Origin: Myxococcales bacterium
GTDB lineage: Bacteria > Myxococcota_A > Polyangia > Polyangiales > DASUME01
Length of the DNA: 64,000 nt
Direction: 5' to 3'
Assembly: GCA_047601445.1 (NCBI GenBank)
Contig: JASGJH010000001.1
Coordinates: 6,944,001-7,008,000 of the forward strand
The notes under the pieces: generated by a model
Database searches by the model: none
The model's input: only the letters and a program-made list of their open reading frames with translations
What the model was told of the DNA's origin: nothing
Translations under genes and position numbers: made by a program
Shown here: positions 9,489 through 17,940 of the stretch, piece by piece
How the letters are laid out: each line of letters starts with the position of its first letter
How positions within the stretch are numbered: the stretch's first letter is position 1

Positions 9489-10457
9489 ATGAGTCATTCC
9501 GACCTGCAGTCCGTCACCCGCGCCGATCTGGAGCGCATGCCGCTCTTGAGCGGCGCGAACCTCGCCCACATCGAGTCCATGCTGCGCAACTGTCCGGTGC
9601 GTCGCCTCGGGCGGGGCGAGACCCTGGTCGAGGCGGGCAGCGAGAACCGGCACCTGTTCCTCATCTTGTCGGGGAAGCTGCGCGTCCACCTCGACAGTCC
9701 GAGCACGCCAGCGCTGGTGGAGCTTGGGCCCGGGGAGGCGGCAGGGGAGATCTCGGTGATTGACCGACAGCCCGCCTCGGCTCACTTGATCGCCGCCGAG
9801 CCCACGCGGGTCTTGGTGGTCGACGAGGAACTGCTGTGGATTCTCGCGGATGCCTCCCACGCCGTGGCCTACAACCTGCTGCGCACGCTCGCGTCGCGCC
9901 TGCGCAGCGGCAACACCATCATCTTGCGTGAGCGCGAGCAGGCCGAGCACTACCGCTTCCACGCCAGCATCGATGCCCTCACCGGGCTCTTCAATCGCTT
10001 CTGGATGGAGCGCATGCTGGTCCGGCAGATGGAACGTGCGCGGGTAGGGCGGGAGCCGCTGTCGTTGCTGATGATCGACGTGGACCACTTCAAGGCTTTC
10101 AACGATCACCACGGGCACGTGGCCGGGGACGGGGCCCTGCGCTGTGTGGCCTCCGCCATGCGCGACACGGTGCGACCCACCGACTTGGTCGCGCGCTACG
10201 GCGGCGAGGAGTTCGTGGTGCTCTTGCCGGGGGCGCAGTTGGAGCAGGCAGGAGAGGTTGCCGAGCGCGTGCGGCGCGCGGTGCGGACAGCGAGCGTGGT
10301 GCACTTCGACGGAAGACCCTTGCCCAACGTGACCATCTCGCTCGGCGTCGCGCAGATGCCCGAAGGGTCTACTCCTGCGGGCTTCATCGACTTCGCCGAC
10401 GCCGCGCTCTATCGGGCGAAGGAAGCTGGCCGCGACCGCGTGGCGCTCGCCGCCTAG
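9489..10457 (+). CDS. Diguanylate cyclase with N-terminal cyclic-nucleotide-binding domain
   Basis: DALTGLFNR, IDVDHFKAFND, RYGGEEF, RPTD I-site; N-terminal cNMP-like LFLILSGKLRV...GEAAGEIS. Confidence 0.93.
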   Translation: MSHSDLQSVTRADLERMPLLSGANLAHIESMLRNCPVRRLGRGETLVEAGSENRHLFLILSGKLRVHLDSPSTPALVELGPGEAAGEISVIDRQPASAHLIAAEPTRVLVVDEELLWILADASHAVAYNLLRTLASRLRSGNTIILREREQAEHYRFHASIDALTGLFNRFWMERMLVRQMERARVGREPLSLLMIDVDHFKAFNDHHGHVAGDGALRCVASAMRDTVRPTDLVARYGGEEFVVLLPGAQLEQAGEVAERVRRAVRTASVVHFDGRPLPNVTISLGVAQMPEGSTPAGFIDFADAALYRAKEAGRDRVALAA

Positions 10458-10475
10458 GACTCCTATACCCGCAGG

Positions 10476-11183
10476 ATGCGAACCAAACTCGTGTTGTGGG
10501 GACTCGGGGTGTTGTTGTTCGCGGTGAGTTCGCCCGCGCATGCTCAGGTCCAGGCCGGCCGCTGGCGTGTCTTCATGGACGTGGACATGTTCAATGGCGG
10601 AGTCGTGCAGCAGGACCCGCGCGGTCCACTCAGGAATGAGAAGTTCGGGGTCATCGGATTTGGCCCCAATCAGCTGGGCAGCTCGCGTGCGGTGATCGGC
10701 ACGCCGCCCGTCGGAGTCGGCTTCGACTATGTGCTGCGGCCCGCCTGGATGCTCGGTTTGCGTTCGGGGCTCGGCTACGACCGCATGAGCAACGACGACC
10801 TGCCGGACATCAAGGTCTTCGCGCTCTCACTGATGCCCGAGGTCACCGCCATATTGCCCCACGGCGGGCGAACCAAAATCTTCGGCAAATTCAGTCCCAT
10901 TGTCCAGTTCGACCAGCTCAAGCTGGGCGACGCGCGCAGCCACATCTTCATGGGCTGCTTCTCCATCGGCGCCGGCGCCATGTTCTTCCTCGGCGAGCTG
11001 AACAACGTCGAATACGGCGCCAACTTCGCGAGCAGCCTAGACATCGGCTTCTACTTCGAGGGACGCTTCGGTAGGCTCAAGCTGCCCGACGACAACCCCT
11101 ACATCGACGTCGACGACCTGCGAGGCGTGCTGCGCGTGGGCCTGTCGTTCTGGACGGGACCCAGGTACCGCCAGCCGCTCTGA
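10476..11183 (+). CDS. Secreted outer-membrane beta-barrel-like protein
   Basis: Signal peptide ending PAHA; amphipathic strands; terminal LRVGLSFW strand. Confidence 0.65.
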   Translation: MRTKLVLWGLGVLLFAVSSPAHAQVQAGRWRVFMDVDMFNGGVVQQDPRGPLRNEKFGVIGFGPNQLGSSRAVIGTPPVGVGFDYVLRPAWMLGLRSGLGYDRMSNDDLPDIKVFALSLMPEVTAILPHGGRTKIFGKFSPIVQFDQLKLGDARSHIFMGCFSIGAGAMFFLGELNNVEYGANFASSLDIGFYFEGRFGRLKLPDDNPYIDVDDLRGVLRVGLSFWTGPRYRQPL

Positions 11184-11252
11184 GCTCGGACGCGGCGTGG
11201 ATCGCTCCGCGCTACGTCCGGCTCCGGCGCTGGCGCGACGGCCGTCACGCTC

Positions 11253-13622
11253 TCATTCGAACGCGTCGAGGGGGTGGCGCGTGAGGTCGCGCTCGCCGGC
11301 GTCCCACGGCTCGAAGCCGTTGTTGACGTTGGCGAGGCCCGTCTCGGCGAGCTCGGGGTAGTGACGCAGGAGGACGCCCTTGAAGTCCGTGGCATCGATC
11401 CACGCGAGGCCCTCGGCCGTGTACGTCTCCGCGTTGTAGCTCTCGGTGTAGAAGCGGTCGGCCTGCAGGCGCCGGCTCGCGTTGAGGATGAACACCTGGA
11501 ACATGGTCTCGCCGAAGCCGTAGCCGGTGGGGCGATGGCTCTCCGCGCGGGTGCCCACGATGAGGTCGATGGCCTCGAGGTCGTTCTCGTAAATGCGCTT
11601 CAGCTCTCCCACGATCTCGGGGTCGTCGGTGAGGTCTTCGAAGCGACGGATGGGATTGAGGCCGAGCTGACGCCGGAACTCGTTGTAGCGCGGCACGCCA
11701 CGCTCACGGGCGCGCAGGATGTCCACGGCCGCCAGGTCGTACATGGGGTTCCCAGGCAGCGCGAGCTCGCGCAGGGTGTTGGGGTAGTTGCGCAGCACGA
11801 GCTGGCCAGGGTTGATGTTGCCGAAGGAGTACAGGAGGTCGGCGATGCGCTCGCGCTTGGTCACCTTGCAGGCGCCGTCGAAGCGCACCTCGGCCAGCCT
11901 CAGCTTCTCCTCGCCGGGCCGCCCGATGCGACGCAGCAGCAGCTCGTCGGGAAGCAGCTCGTGGAGACGGTAGATCTCGGTGAACTCGTCGCTCAAACCG
12001 TAGGGGCTGCCGTGCTTCTCGGTGTCGTTGCCCACAATGCCGCCGATCTCGGGGTTGCGGACCTTGATGGTGCGGAACACCTTGCGGTCCTCGCGCTTGT
12101 AGGCGTTCGTCTCGAGCAGGCCGTACCAGTTGGCGTTCATGGCCTGCTGCAGCGTGCCGTTGGGCAGGATGGCGGGCGTCCACTCCACCGTGTGGATCTT
12201 CGCGATCACGGCGGCGTTGATCAGGCGCGCCACATGGTAGAGGCGGTTGTCGTCCCAGTCCGGATAAGCGCGCGCCAGCATTTCGCAGATGGCGTTGTGC
12301 TCCTTCACGAACACCGTGTGCAGCAGGCTCAGGCCCAGCCACCAGTTGCGGTTGAAACCGGTGTCCTCGAAGCCCCACTGGCCCACGGGCAAGAGACCGT
12401 CTTCGCCCAGCTTGAGCTTGCCCTTGCTGTAGGAGCGCAGGCGGTCGGCTGTGGCCTGGTCGCTGCCGTAGATCTGCGACGCGTCCCACCAGCTCGTGAC
12501 CTCGTTGATGTACGTGGGCGGTGACCCGTCGTCGCTCGGCTTGCGACCGGCGTCGGACTCGGTGCGTCCCACGAACATCGTGGTCTGGTAGTACTTCAGG
12601 CGCGCGGGATGATCGGGAGGCAGCGGCACCTCGTGGGCGCCGAAGGCCAGATCCGAGCGGTGGCTGACCCAATCGTGGACGTTGAACTGAATCCAGGCCG
12701 CCGCGAGCAAGTTCAGGAAGGGCACCGGCTTCATGCCCTCGTCGGCGCGCTTGAACAGCTTCTGGCTGATCTCTGCGGGATTCGGCGAGAGCAACGCGGC
12801 CTTCTTGGGCCACGTCACGGCGCGGTCCACGTTGCGCGGGAAGCGCGTGTTGGCCGAGCCTTCGCGGGGGTTGTTCAGGTTGTTCCAGCTGCCGTCGGCG
12901 GTGCGGAAATACTTGGCGCTCTCGGGAGCCACCAGGCCGCGTGACTGGAAGGCGGTGAGCTCGCCCTCGGGGTAGGTGTCCTTGAGGTTCCGCTTGTTGA
13001 GTTGGTCGCGCATGTACGCCAGCGTCACGATGGCGTAGGCCGTGGGGCGCCGATACCAGTTGGTCCAGACTTCATCGGCGGTGCCCACCAAGCTAATCAA
13101 CGGCGTCACGCGGTGCAGGACCTCGCCCGCGCCCTTGCCGAGCACGTCGCCGACCTGCTTGCGCAGCCGCTCGGTGAGACTCGGCTTCTTACCGGGCTTG
13201 GCCAGGGGCAGCACGCCGTCCGTGGGGCTCGGCGCCGAGAGCAGCTCTTCGCGTGGATGGCGCGGCACCGGCGGACGCTCCACGTCGGCCCGCGTCTCCA
13301 GGGCGCTCGCAGCCTTGCCGAGCTTCTCGGCCCATTCGGCGCTCTTGGGATTGCGATTGACGGCCTCCACGAAGGCATCTTTGGCCTCGCGGTAGCGCTC
13401 GAGCAGCACGAAGCTGGTGCCCAAGAGTCCGTAGGTCACGTCGCTCGTGCTGCCCTTCTGGACCAGCACTTGAAGCACCTCGACGGCCTCCTCGAACTCG
13501 CGCTTGGCCAGGAGCCGGCGCGCCGTCTCGTGGGCCGCGTCCAGCGGGGTTCCGCCCGTGCTCGATTCGCGCGTCTCCTCTGGTGCCTTGTCACTTCGGA
13601 TCGCTTCCGCTTCCATGGTCAT
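11253..13622 (-). CDS. Heme peroxidase/cyclooxygenase superfamily protein, fatty-acid alpha-dioxygenase-like, with N-terminal TPR
   Basis: RTADGSWN, AAWIQFNVHDW (distal Gln/His), IAKIHTVEWTP, EFTEIYRLHELLPD (catalytic Tyr, proximal His), RERGVPRYNEFRR, FILNASRRLQADRF; TPR-like helices near the N-terminus; GGAGA RBS before ATG 13622. Confidence 0.9.
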   Translation of the reverse strand: MTMEAEAIRSDKAPEETRESSTGGTPLDAAHETARRLLAKREFEEAVEVLQVLVQKGSTSDVTYGLLGTSFVLLERYREAKDAFVEAVNRNPKSAEWAEKLGKAASALETRADVERPPVPRHPREELLSAPSPTDGVLPLAKPGKKPSLTERLRKQVGDVLGKGAGEVLHRVTPLISLVGTADEVWTNWYRRPTAYAIVTLAYMRDQLNKRNLKDTYPEGELTAFQSRGLVAPESAKYFRTADGSWNNLNNPREGSANTRFPRNVDRAVTWPKKAALLSPNPAEISQKLFKRADEGMKPVPFLNLLAAAWIQFNVHDWVSHRSDLAFGAHEVPLPPDHPARLKYYQTTMFVGRTESDAGRKPSDDGSPPTYINEVTSWWDASQIYGSDQATADRLRSYSKGKLKLGEDGLLPVGQWGFEDTGFNRNWWLGLSLLHTVFVKEHNAICEMLARAYPDWDDNRLYHVARLINAAVIAKIHTVEWTPAILPNGTLQQAMNANWYGLLETNAYKREDRKVFRTIKVRNPEIGGIVGNDTEKHGSPYGLSDEFTEIYRLHELLPDELLLRRIGRPGEEKLRLAEVRFDGACKVTKRERIADLLYSFGNINPGQLVLRNYPNTLRELALPGNPMYDLAAVDILRARERGVPRYNEFRRQLGLNPIRRFEDLTDDPEIVGELKRIYENDLEAIDLIVGTRAESHRPTGYGFGETMFQVFILNASRRLQADRFYTESYNAETYTAEGLAWIDATDFKGVLLRHYPELAETGLANVNNGFEPWDAGERDLTRHPLDAFE

Positions 13623-13684
13623 GGATTCTCCTTGTTCCCCGACGAACGTCCTTGCCTGGTGTTTTTGCCTGTTGCGTACGCGAC

Positions 13685-14668
13685 TCATTCGGCTGCCGCC
13701 TTGTTGGTTTGGCTGACCGCGCCCTCAGGCGCGTTCTCACCGATCCAGCGCGGATGGGAGAAGTGCAGCCGGTGGTCGCAGGAGTCGGAGGCGACGCACT
13801 CCGAAAAGCGCATCGAGCCAATTCGCCACCACGGTTGCTTCTCGTCGTCCCGCACCGACACCGCGAAGGCGAGGGGAGCCTGTTGCGCGCTGACCCGTAG
13901 GTCGTCGCGGAAGTCGGCGCAGCGCGTGCGCGCTCCCGGTTCGCCCTGGATTTTCATGAAGCGCGGTGAGCGCGCATCCTTCGGATCCTTCAGCCCTGCG
14001 CGCGCCAGCGGATAGAGCTGGCGCGAGCCGGTGTGGGAGTCCGAGAGGCGCTGCGAGACCGCAATGGCGAGCAGCACGGGTAGCGCCGCGAGGGAGGAGC
14101 GATTCAAGGAGAGCGCCGGATGGGTCGTCATGGCGGCGTCCATGTAGTGCTCGGTCTGGGTGCCCCCGTTGTCGTCGATCACGAAGAAGTTCGCGGTGGG
14201 TACGCGCTGGTCTGCCTGCGAGCTGGGGAAGAGCTTTCCGGCCATGCCGAAGGAGCGATAGTGTCCCTGCCGCGTCTCCTTCATGGCCACGGAGGCGCGC
14301 GCGATCACGAAGGCCTTGGCCGAGCTGGCGAGCAACCCGGTGTAGGGCGTGTCGGCCTCGATCTGCCAGCTGCCCGACAAGCACAGGCCGTTGGGGCGGA
14401 TAAGCTTGTCGAAGCGCGGCAACAGGTCGTGGGGCGTGGAGATGGTGCGCTTGCCGTTGGCGAGCAGGAGATTGTGCATGCCGCGAAAGAAGCGCCGCAG
14501 GGTCACTGGGTCGTCGGGCAGCGCGGTGTAGGGATCGGAGCGCACTTGCGACCAAACCTCGGAGAAGCGGCTCCCCTCGTACTCGGCGCACGGGTCACAA
14601 CAGGGCTCGGAAGAGGTTGGGCGCAAAACGGCCGCCTTGCGCCTCTCGGCGGCAAGTGAACTGGACAT
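13685..14668 (-). CDS. Catalase-fold (catalase-like) protein
   Basis: KLIRPNGLCLSGSW...YTGLL...VIARAS...SFGMAGKLF...ANFF follows the catalase-like core pattern; start uncertain. Confidence 0.6.
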   Translation of the reverse strand: MSSSLAAERRKAAVLRPTSSEPCCDPCAEYEGSRFSEVWSQVRSDPYTALPDDPVTLRRFFRGMHNLLLANGKRTISTPHDLLPRFDKLIRPNGLCLSGSWQIEADTPYTGLLASSAKAFVIARASVAMKETRQGHYRSFGMAGKLFPSSQADQRVPTANFFVIDDNGGTQTEHYMDAAMTTHPALSLNRSSLAALPVLLAIAVSQRLSDSHTGSRQLYPLARAGLKDPKDARSPRFMKIQGEPGARTRCADFRDDLRVSAQQAPLAFAVSVRDDEKQPWWRIGSMRFSECVASDSCDHRLHFSHPRWIGENAPEGAVSQTNKAAAE

Positions 14669-14747
14669 GCTGTGCTCGCTTTCTGGCTTGGTTACGCGGA
14701 CGACGACTGCAGTACGACCGGATTGGGGCGCGGGCGCCCGTTCGAGT

Positions 14748-15812
14748 TCAGGTGACCGCCTGTACGGTCGGCGCTTGCTTGACGTGGCCATGGCGGATCA
14801 CGTCGAGGACGGTGTCGCGGATGGTGTCGGCGAGGGGCCGGAACGTGAGGCCGAGCTCACGCTGGATCTTGCCGTTGTCGAACTGCGGGGTGCGCCCCAC
14901 GTGCGTGCGCAGGTAGGTGCCTACGCCCTTGGGCTGGAAATAGGAGGACAGGCGCACGGCGTAGTCGCCGACGGCGCAATCGAGACCGAGCTTGGGCAGC
15001 GAGTAGCCTTCGTACCCGGCTTCTCGCAGCAAGGCGACCACTTCGCGCATGGGCATGGTGCCTGCGGCGCAGATGTAGCGTCCGGATGCATGATCGCGCT
15101 CCATGGCTTCCACGTGCGCGCGGGCCACGTCGCGCACGTCCACGAAGCCCCACACGAGGCGCATGATGCCTGGATAGGTGCCGTTGAGCAGGTCCGAGAA
15201 GAGCTGGTTCGAGGTGTTGAGCGCCTGCGAGTGCGAGGGGCCGATCACCAGGAACGGATTGATGGCCACCAGCGAGTAGCGATCCTTGTGCTGCTCGGCG
15301 AGCTTCCACGCCTCGCGCTCGGCCACCGTCTTGGAGTAGTAGTAGGGATTGCGGGTCAAGCTCGAGAGCTCGTTCCAGTCGTCCTCCGTGAGCACCTTCT
15401 CGGACTCGGGCTCGTCCGTGATCGACGCCATGGAGCTGGTGAGGACCACGCGCTTCACGCTGCGCGTCGAGGCGGCAGCGTTGAGCACGTTGCGGGTGCC
15501 TTGCAGCGCAGGATCCACCAGGTCTCGCTGGGGATCCTTCACGTCGAGGCTGTAGGGGCTCGCTGTGTGCATGACGACGCTCGCGCCCTCGAGCACCTTG
15601 GGCCATGCGTTGGCGTCGAGTAGCTCGGCCGGAACCAGCTGCAGGCGCTCCGAGGCGCCGCGCAGTTGTCTCAGGTGAGCTGCTGACTCGCCCGCGGGGT
15701 TGCGCACGGTTCCGCGCACGCGATAGCCCTTGGCCAATAGCTGCTCCACGATGTGCGTGGCGACGAAGCCCGCCGCACCCGTGACCACCACCAATCCATT
15801 CTTGTCGATCAT
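14748..15812 (-). CDS. Extended SDR, aldehyde reductase/dihydroflavonol-reductase-like
   Basis: VTGAAGFVA, VMHTASP, DLVDPALQGT.NVL, VVLTSS, YYYSK (YxxxK). Confidence 0.92.
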   Translation of the reverse strand: MIDKNGLVVVTGAAGFVATHIVEQLLAKGYRVRGTVRNPAGESAAHLRQLRGASERLQLVPAELLDANAWPKVLEGASVVMHTASPYSLDVKDPQRDLVDPALQGTRNVLNAAASTRSVKRVVLTSSMASITDEPESEKVLTEDDWNELSSLTRNPYYYSKTVAEREAWKLAEQHKDRYSLVAINPFLVIGPSHSQALNTSNQLFSDLLNGTYPGIMRLVWGFVDVRDVARAHVEAMERDHASGRYICAAGTMPMREVVALLREAGYEGYSLPKLGLDCAVGDYAVRLSSYFQPKGVGTYLRTHVGRTPQFDNGKIQRELGLTFRPLADTIRDTVLDVIRHGHVKQAPTVQAVT

Positions 15813-15869
15813 AAGACTCTCCCTACTCTGCTCGCGCGCCCGAGGGCGCGCTTCGACACGTTGCAAGAC

Positions 15870-17459
15870 TCAAAGGGTCTTCATGTACTCGATGAGTGCG
15901 GTCTTCTCGGGGACGGACAGGGTGGTCCCGTAGGCCGCACCCACGTGCCCCGTGTTGCCGTTGCCGCGCACGCTGGTGTCGTAGAGGAAGGGCTGGGCCT
16001 CCTCGTTCAACACGCCCACGTCGGACACGTAACCCACGCGTTCGTGGTCGATCACGTCGTAACCGCGGAAGAACAGCGGGGGCCGCCGGTTGGCTTCGCG
16101 CGCCTGCTTCACCAGGGCCTCCACACGCTTGAGCTCCGCGGGGTGCTTGCGCAGCTCTGGACGCGTCAAGCCTGCGAGGGCCTTGGAAAGCTCGGATGCT
16201 TCGGCAGGCACGTCCGAAGCCGCGTAGGGCTCGGTGAGCACGTCCCACAGCGACGGCACCGAACCGTTGTGCATGTAGGGACCGCGCAGCCAGATGCCCG
16301 TGAGCGGCAGCGAGGCATAGCCGTCGTTGGGCCCATTGGTTCCCACGAAGTGGTTGAACTTGAAGGGGTAGTTCGTCGCGAAGGCGTTGTATGCGTCGGC
16401 CGATTCCTTGGTCCACAGACGATGACGCTCGCCATCGGTTCCGATCTCCGTCACGGGCACCACACCGCCGGTGCGCTTGCCGCCCTCCACGTGGCAGTCC
16501 GCGCAGAGCTGTCCATAGAGCGCCTTGCCCTGCGAAACGAGCGCCTCATCCAGCTTGCCCGGGTACTTGGGCGGCTCCACTTCCACCAACCACTTTTCGA
16601 GCACCTCCAGCTTGTCGAGCCGGATGGTCTTGAGGTTCGCGCCGTCGCCCAGCGCAGAGCTCAACACCACGTCCTTTCGGGAGTCGTTCATGCCGTCCCA
16701 GTGCAGACGCTGGCCTTGGCGAGACTTGAGATGCCAAATGGCCATGTTGTCGGCGTTGCCGATGGTGTCGTCGAAGGGGATCTTCAAGAAGCCGAACTTG
16801 ATGGGGTTGAACGGGTCGATGCGCCCGGGGCCCCACGGCGGCCGCTTGGTCATCCAGGTGGACGCTTCCTTCTGATCGAGCAGTGCCTTCTTGGTCTGCG
16901 GGATGAGCACGTAGCGGTACAGGAGCTCGTCCGTCAGCGAGAGGTCCACGCTCTGCTTGATCTCCTTGAGCAACACGTCCGCGTTGAATCGCGGATCGGA
17001 TGCCGCGCTGAACAGGAAGCGCAGGTAGGACTGCGTGTCCGCCTGGTGCCCGGGCCCACCCAGGGCCACCTGCGGCGGCACGTTGGGACTCGTGCGATAG
17101 GAAGCGGAGTGGCACAGGGCGCAGTTGAACGTCACGCGCTCGAAGCCGATGGTCTCCCTGGCGAACCCGATGGGGGTCTCGTGACCCGGTTCGGAGACGA
17201 AGCCGAGGGATGCCCAGCCTCCGTTGCCGGGCAGGTACTCGCTGAACACGCGCGGGAGCACGAGCCACACGTAGTAGGGCAGGCCGTTGTTCTCCGCGTT
17301 CCCGAAGGCGCCGTACTTGAACATCTCCGAGGGCTGGTCGAACGTGGGTGCTTCGCGCCGGAAGAGCTTGTTGTACACCACCGCACCCACCAGACCGACG
17401 GGGGCCAGCACGAGCAGCAGGACCAGCGGGATGAAGCCCCTACGCCGCGACGTTGACAT
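15870..17459 (-). CDS. RoxA-like di-heme c-type cytochrome (paralog B), N-terminal membrane anchor
   Basis: CALCH and CADCH heme motifs, WGPGRIDPFN, LHWDG, GIWLRGPYMHNGSVPSL, GNGNTGH; GGAGG RBS. Confidence 0.85.
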   Translation of the reverse strand: MSTSRRRGFIPLVLLLVLAPVGLVGAVVYNKLFRREAPTFDQPSEMFKYGAFGNAENNGLPYYVWLVLPRVFSEYLPGNGGWASLGFVSEPGHETPIGFARETIGFERVTFNCALCHSASYRTSPNVPPQVALGGPGHQADTQSYLRFLFSAASDPRFNADVLLKEIKQSVDLSLTDELLYRYVLIPQTKKALLDQKEASTWMTKRPPWGPGRIDPFNPIKFGFLKIPFDDTIGNADNMAIWHLKSRQGQRLHWDGMNDSRKDVVLSSALGDGANLKTIRLDKLEVLEKWLVEVEPPKYPGKLDEALVSQGKALYGQLCADCHVEGGKRTGGVVPVTEIGTDGERHRLWTKESADAYNAFATNYPFKFNHFVGTNGPNDGYASLPLTGIWLRGPYMHNGSVPSLWDVLTEPYAASDVPAEASELSKALAGLTRPELRKHPAELKRVEALVKQAREANRRPPLFFRGYDVIDHERVGYVSDVGVLNEEAQPFLYDTSVRGNGNTGHVGAAYGTTLSVPEKTALIEYMKTL

Positions 17460-17880
17460 GCTGCCTCCGGTCGTCGTGCACGGGGATGGACACGGTCTCC
17501 GCCTTGGAGCGCACGTAGAGCGCAAGCAGCACAGTACTCGGCAGCGCGAAGGTCAGGTCGAAGTAGCCGAACAGCGGATACTCGGTGGGGCGCAGCACGA
17601 AGAAGGTCACGCCGGCCCAGCGCGCGATGCAGGACAGATAGGCGCTCGCGCGATAGCGCTGCGGGTCGAAGGCCGCCGGCACGTAGAACGCGCTCAGCAA
17701 CAACAGCAGCAGCGAGGCGAAGCTCGGCCAAATCGGGTGTTCGAGATCCGGTGTCAAGCCGAGCGCGCTCAGCACTGCGTTGGGATAAAAGAGCGCCGGG
17801 ATCGCTAGACACAGGTTGGCGGCTACTCCGAGCAGCACCGTACGACCAAACCATCGAGCAAAGACGTTCTTGCTATTCAT
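17440..17880 (-). CDS. Small 4-TM membrane protein
   Basis: 146 aa, four hydrophobic segments, overlaps the start of the downstream cytochrome gene. Confidence 0.8.
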   Translation of the reverse strand: MNSKNVFARWFGRTVLLGVAANLCLAIPALFYPNAVLSALGLTPDLEHPIWPSFASLLLLLLSAFYVPAAFDPQRYRASAYLSCIARWAGVTFFVLRPTEYPLFGYFDLTFALPSTVLLALYVRSKAETVSIPVHDDRRQHVNVAA

Positions 17881-17940
17881 GGAAATCTCTCCGCGGTTAC
17901 ACGGGCGGACACGCCCGCCTGGGGCTGATGTCGATCGCGC

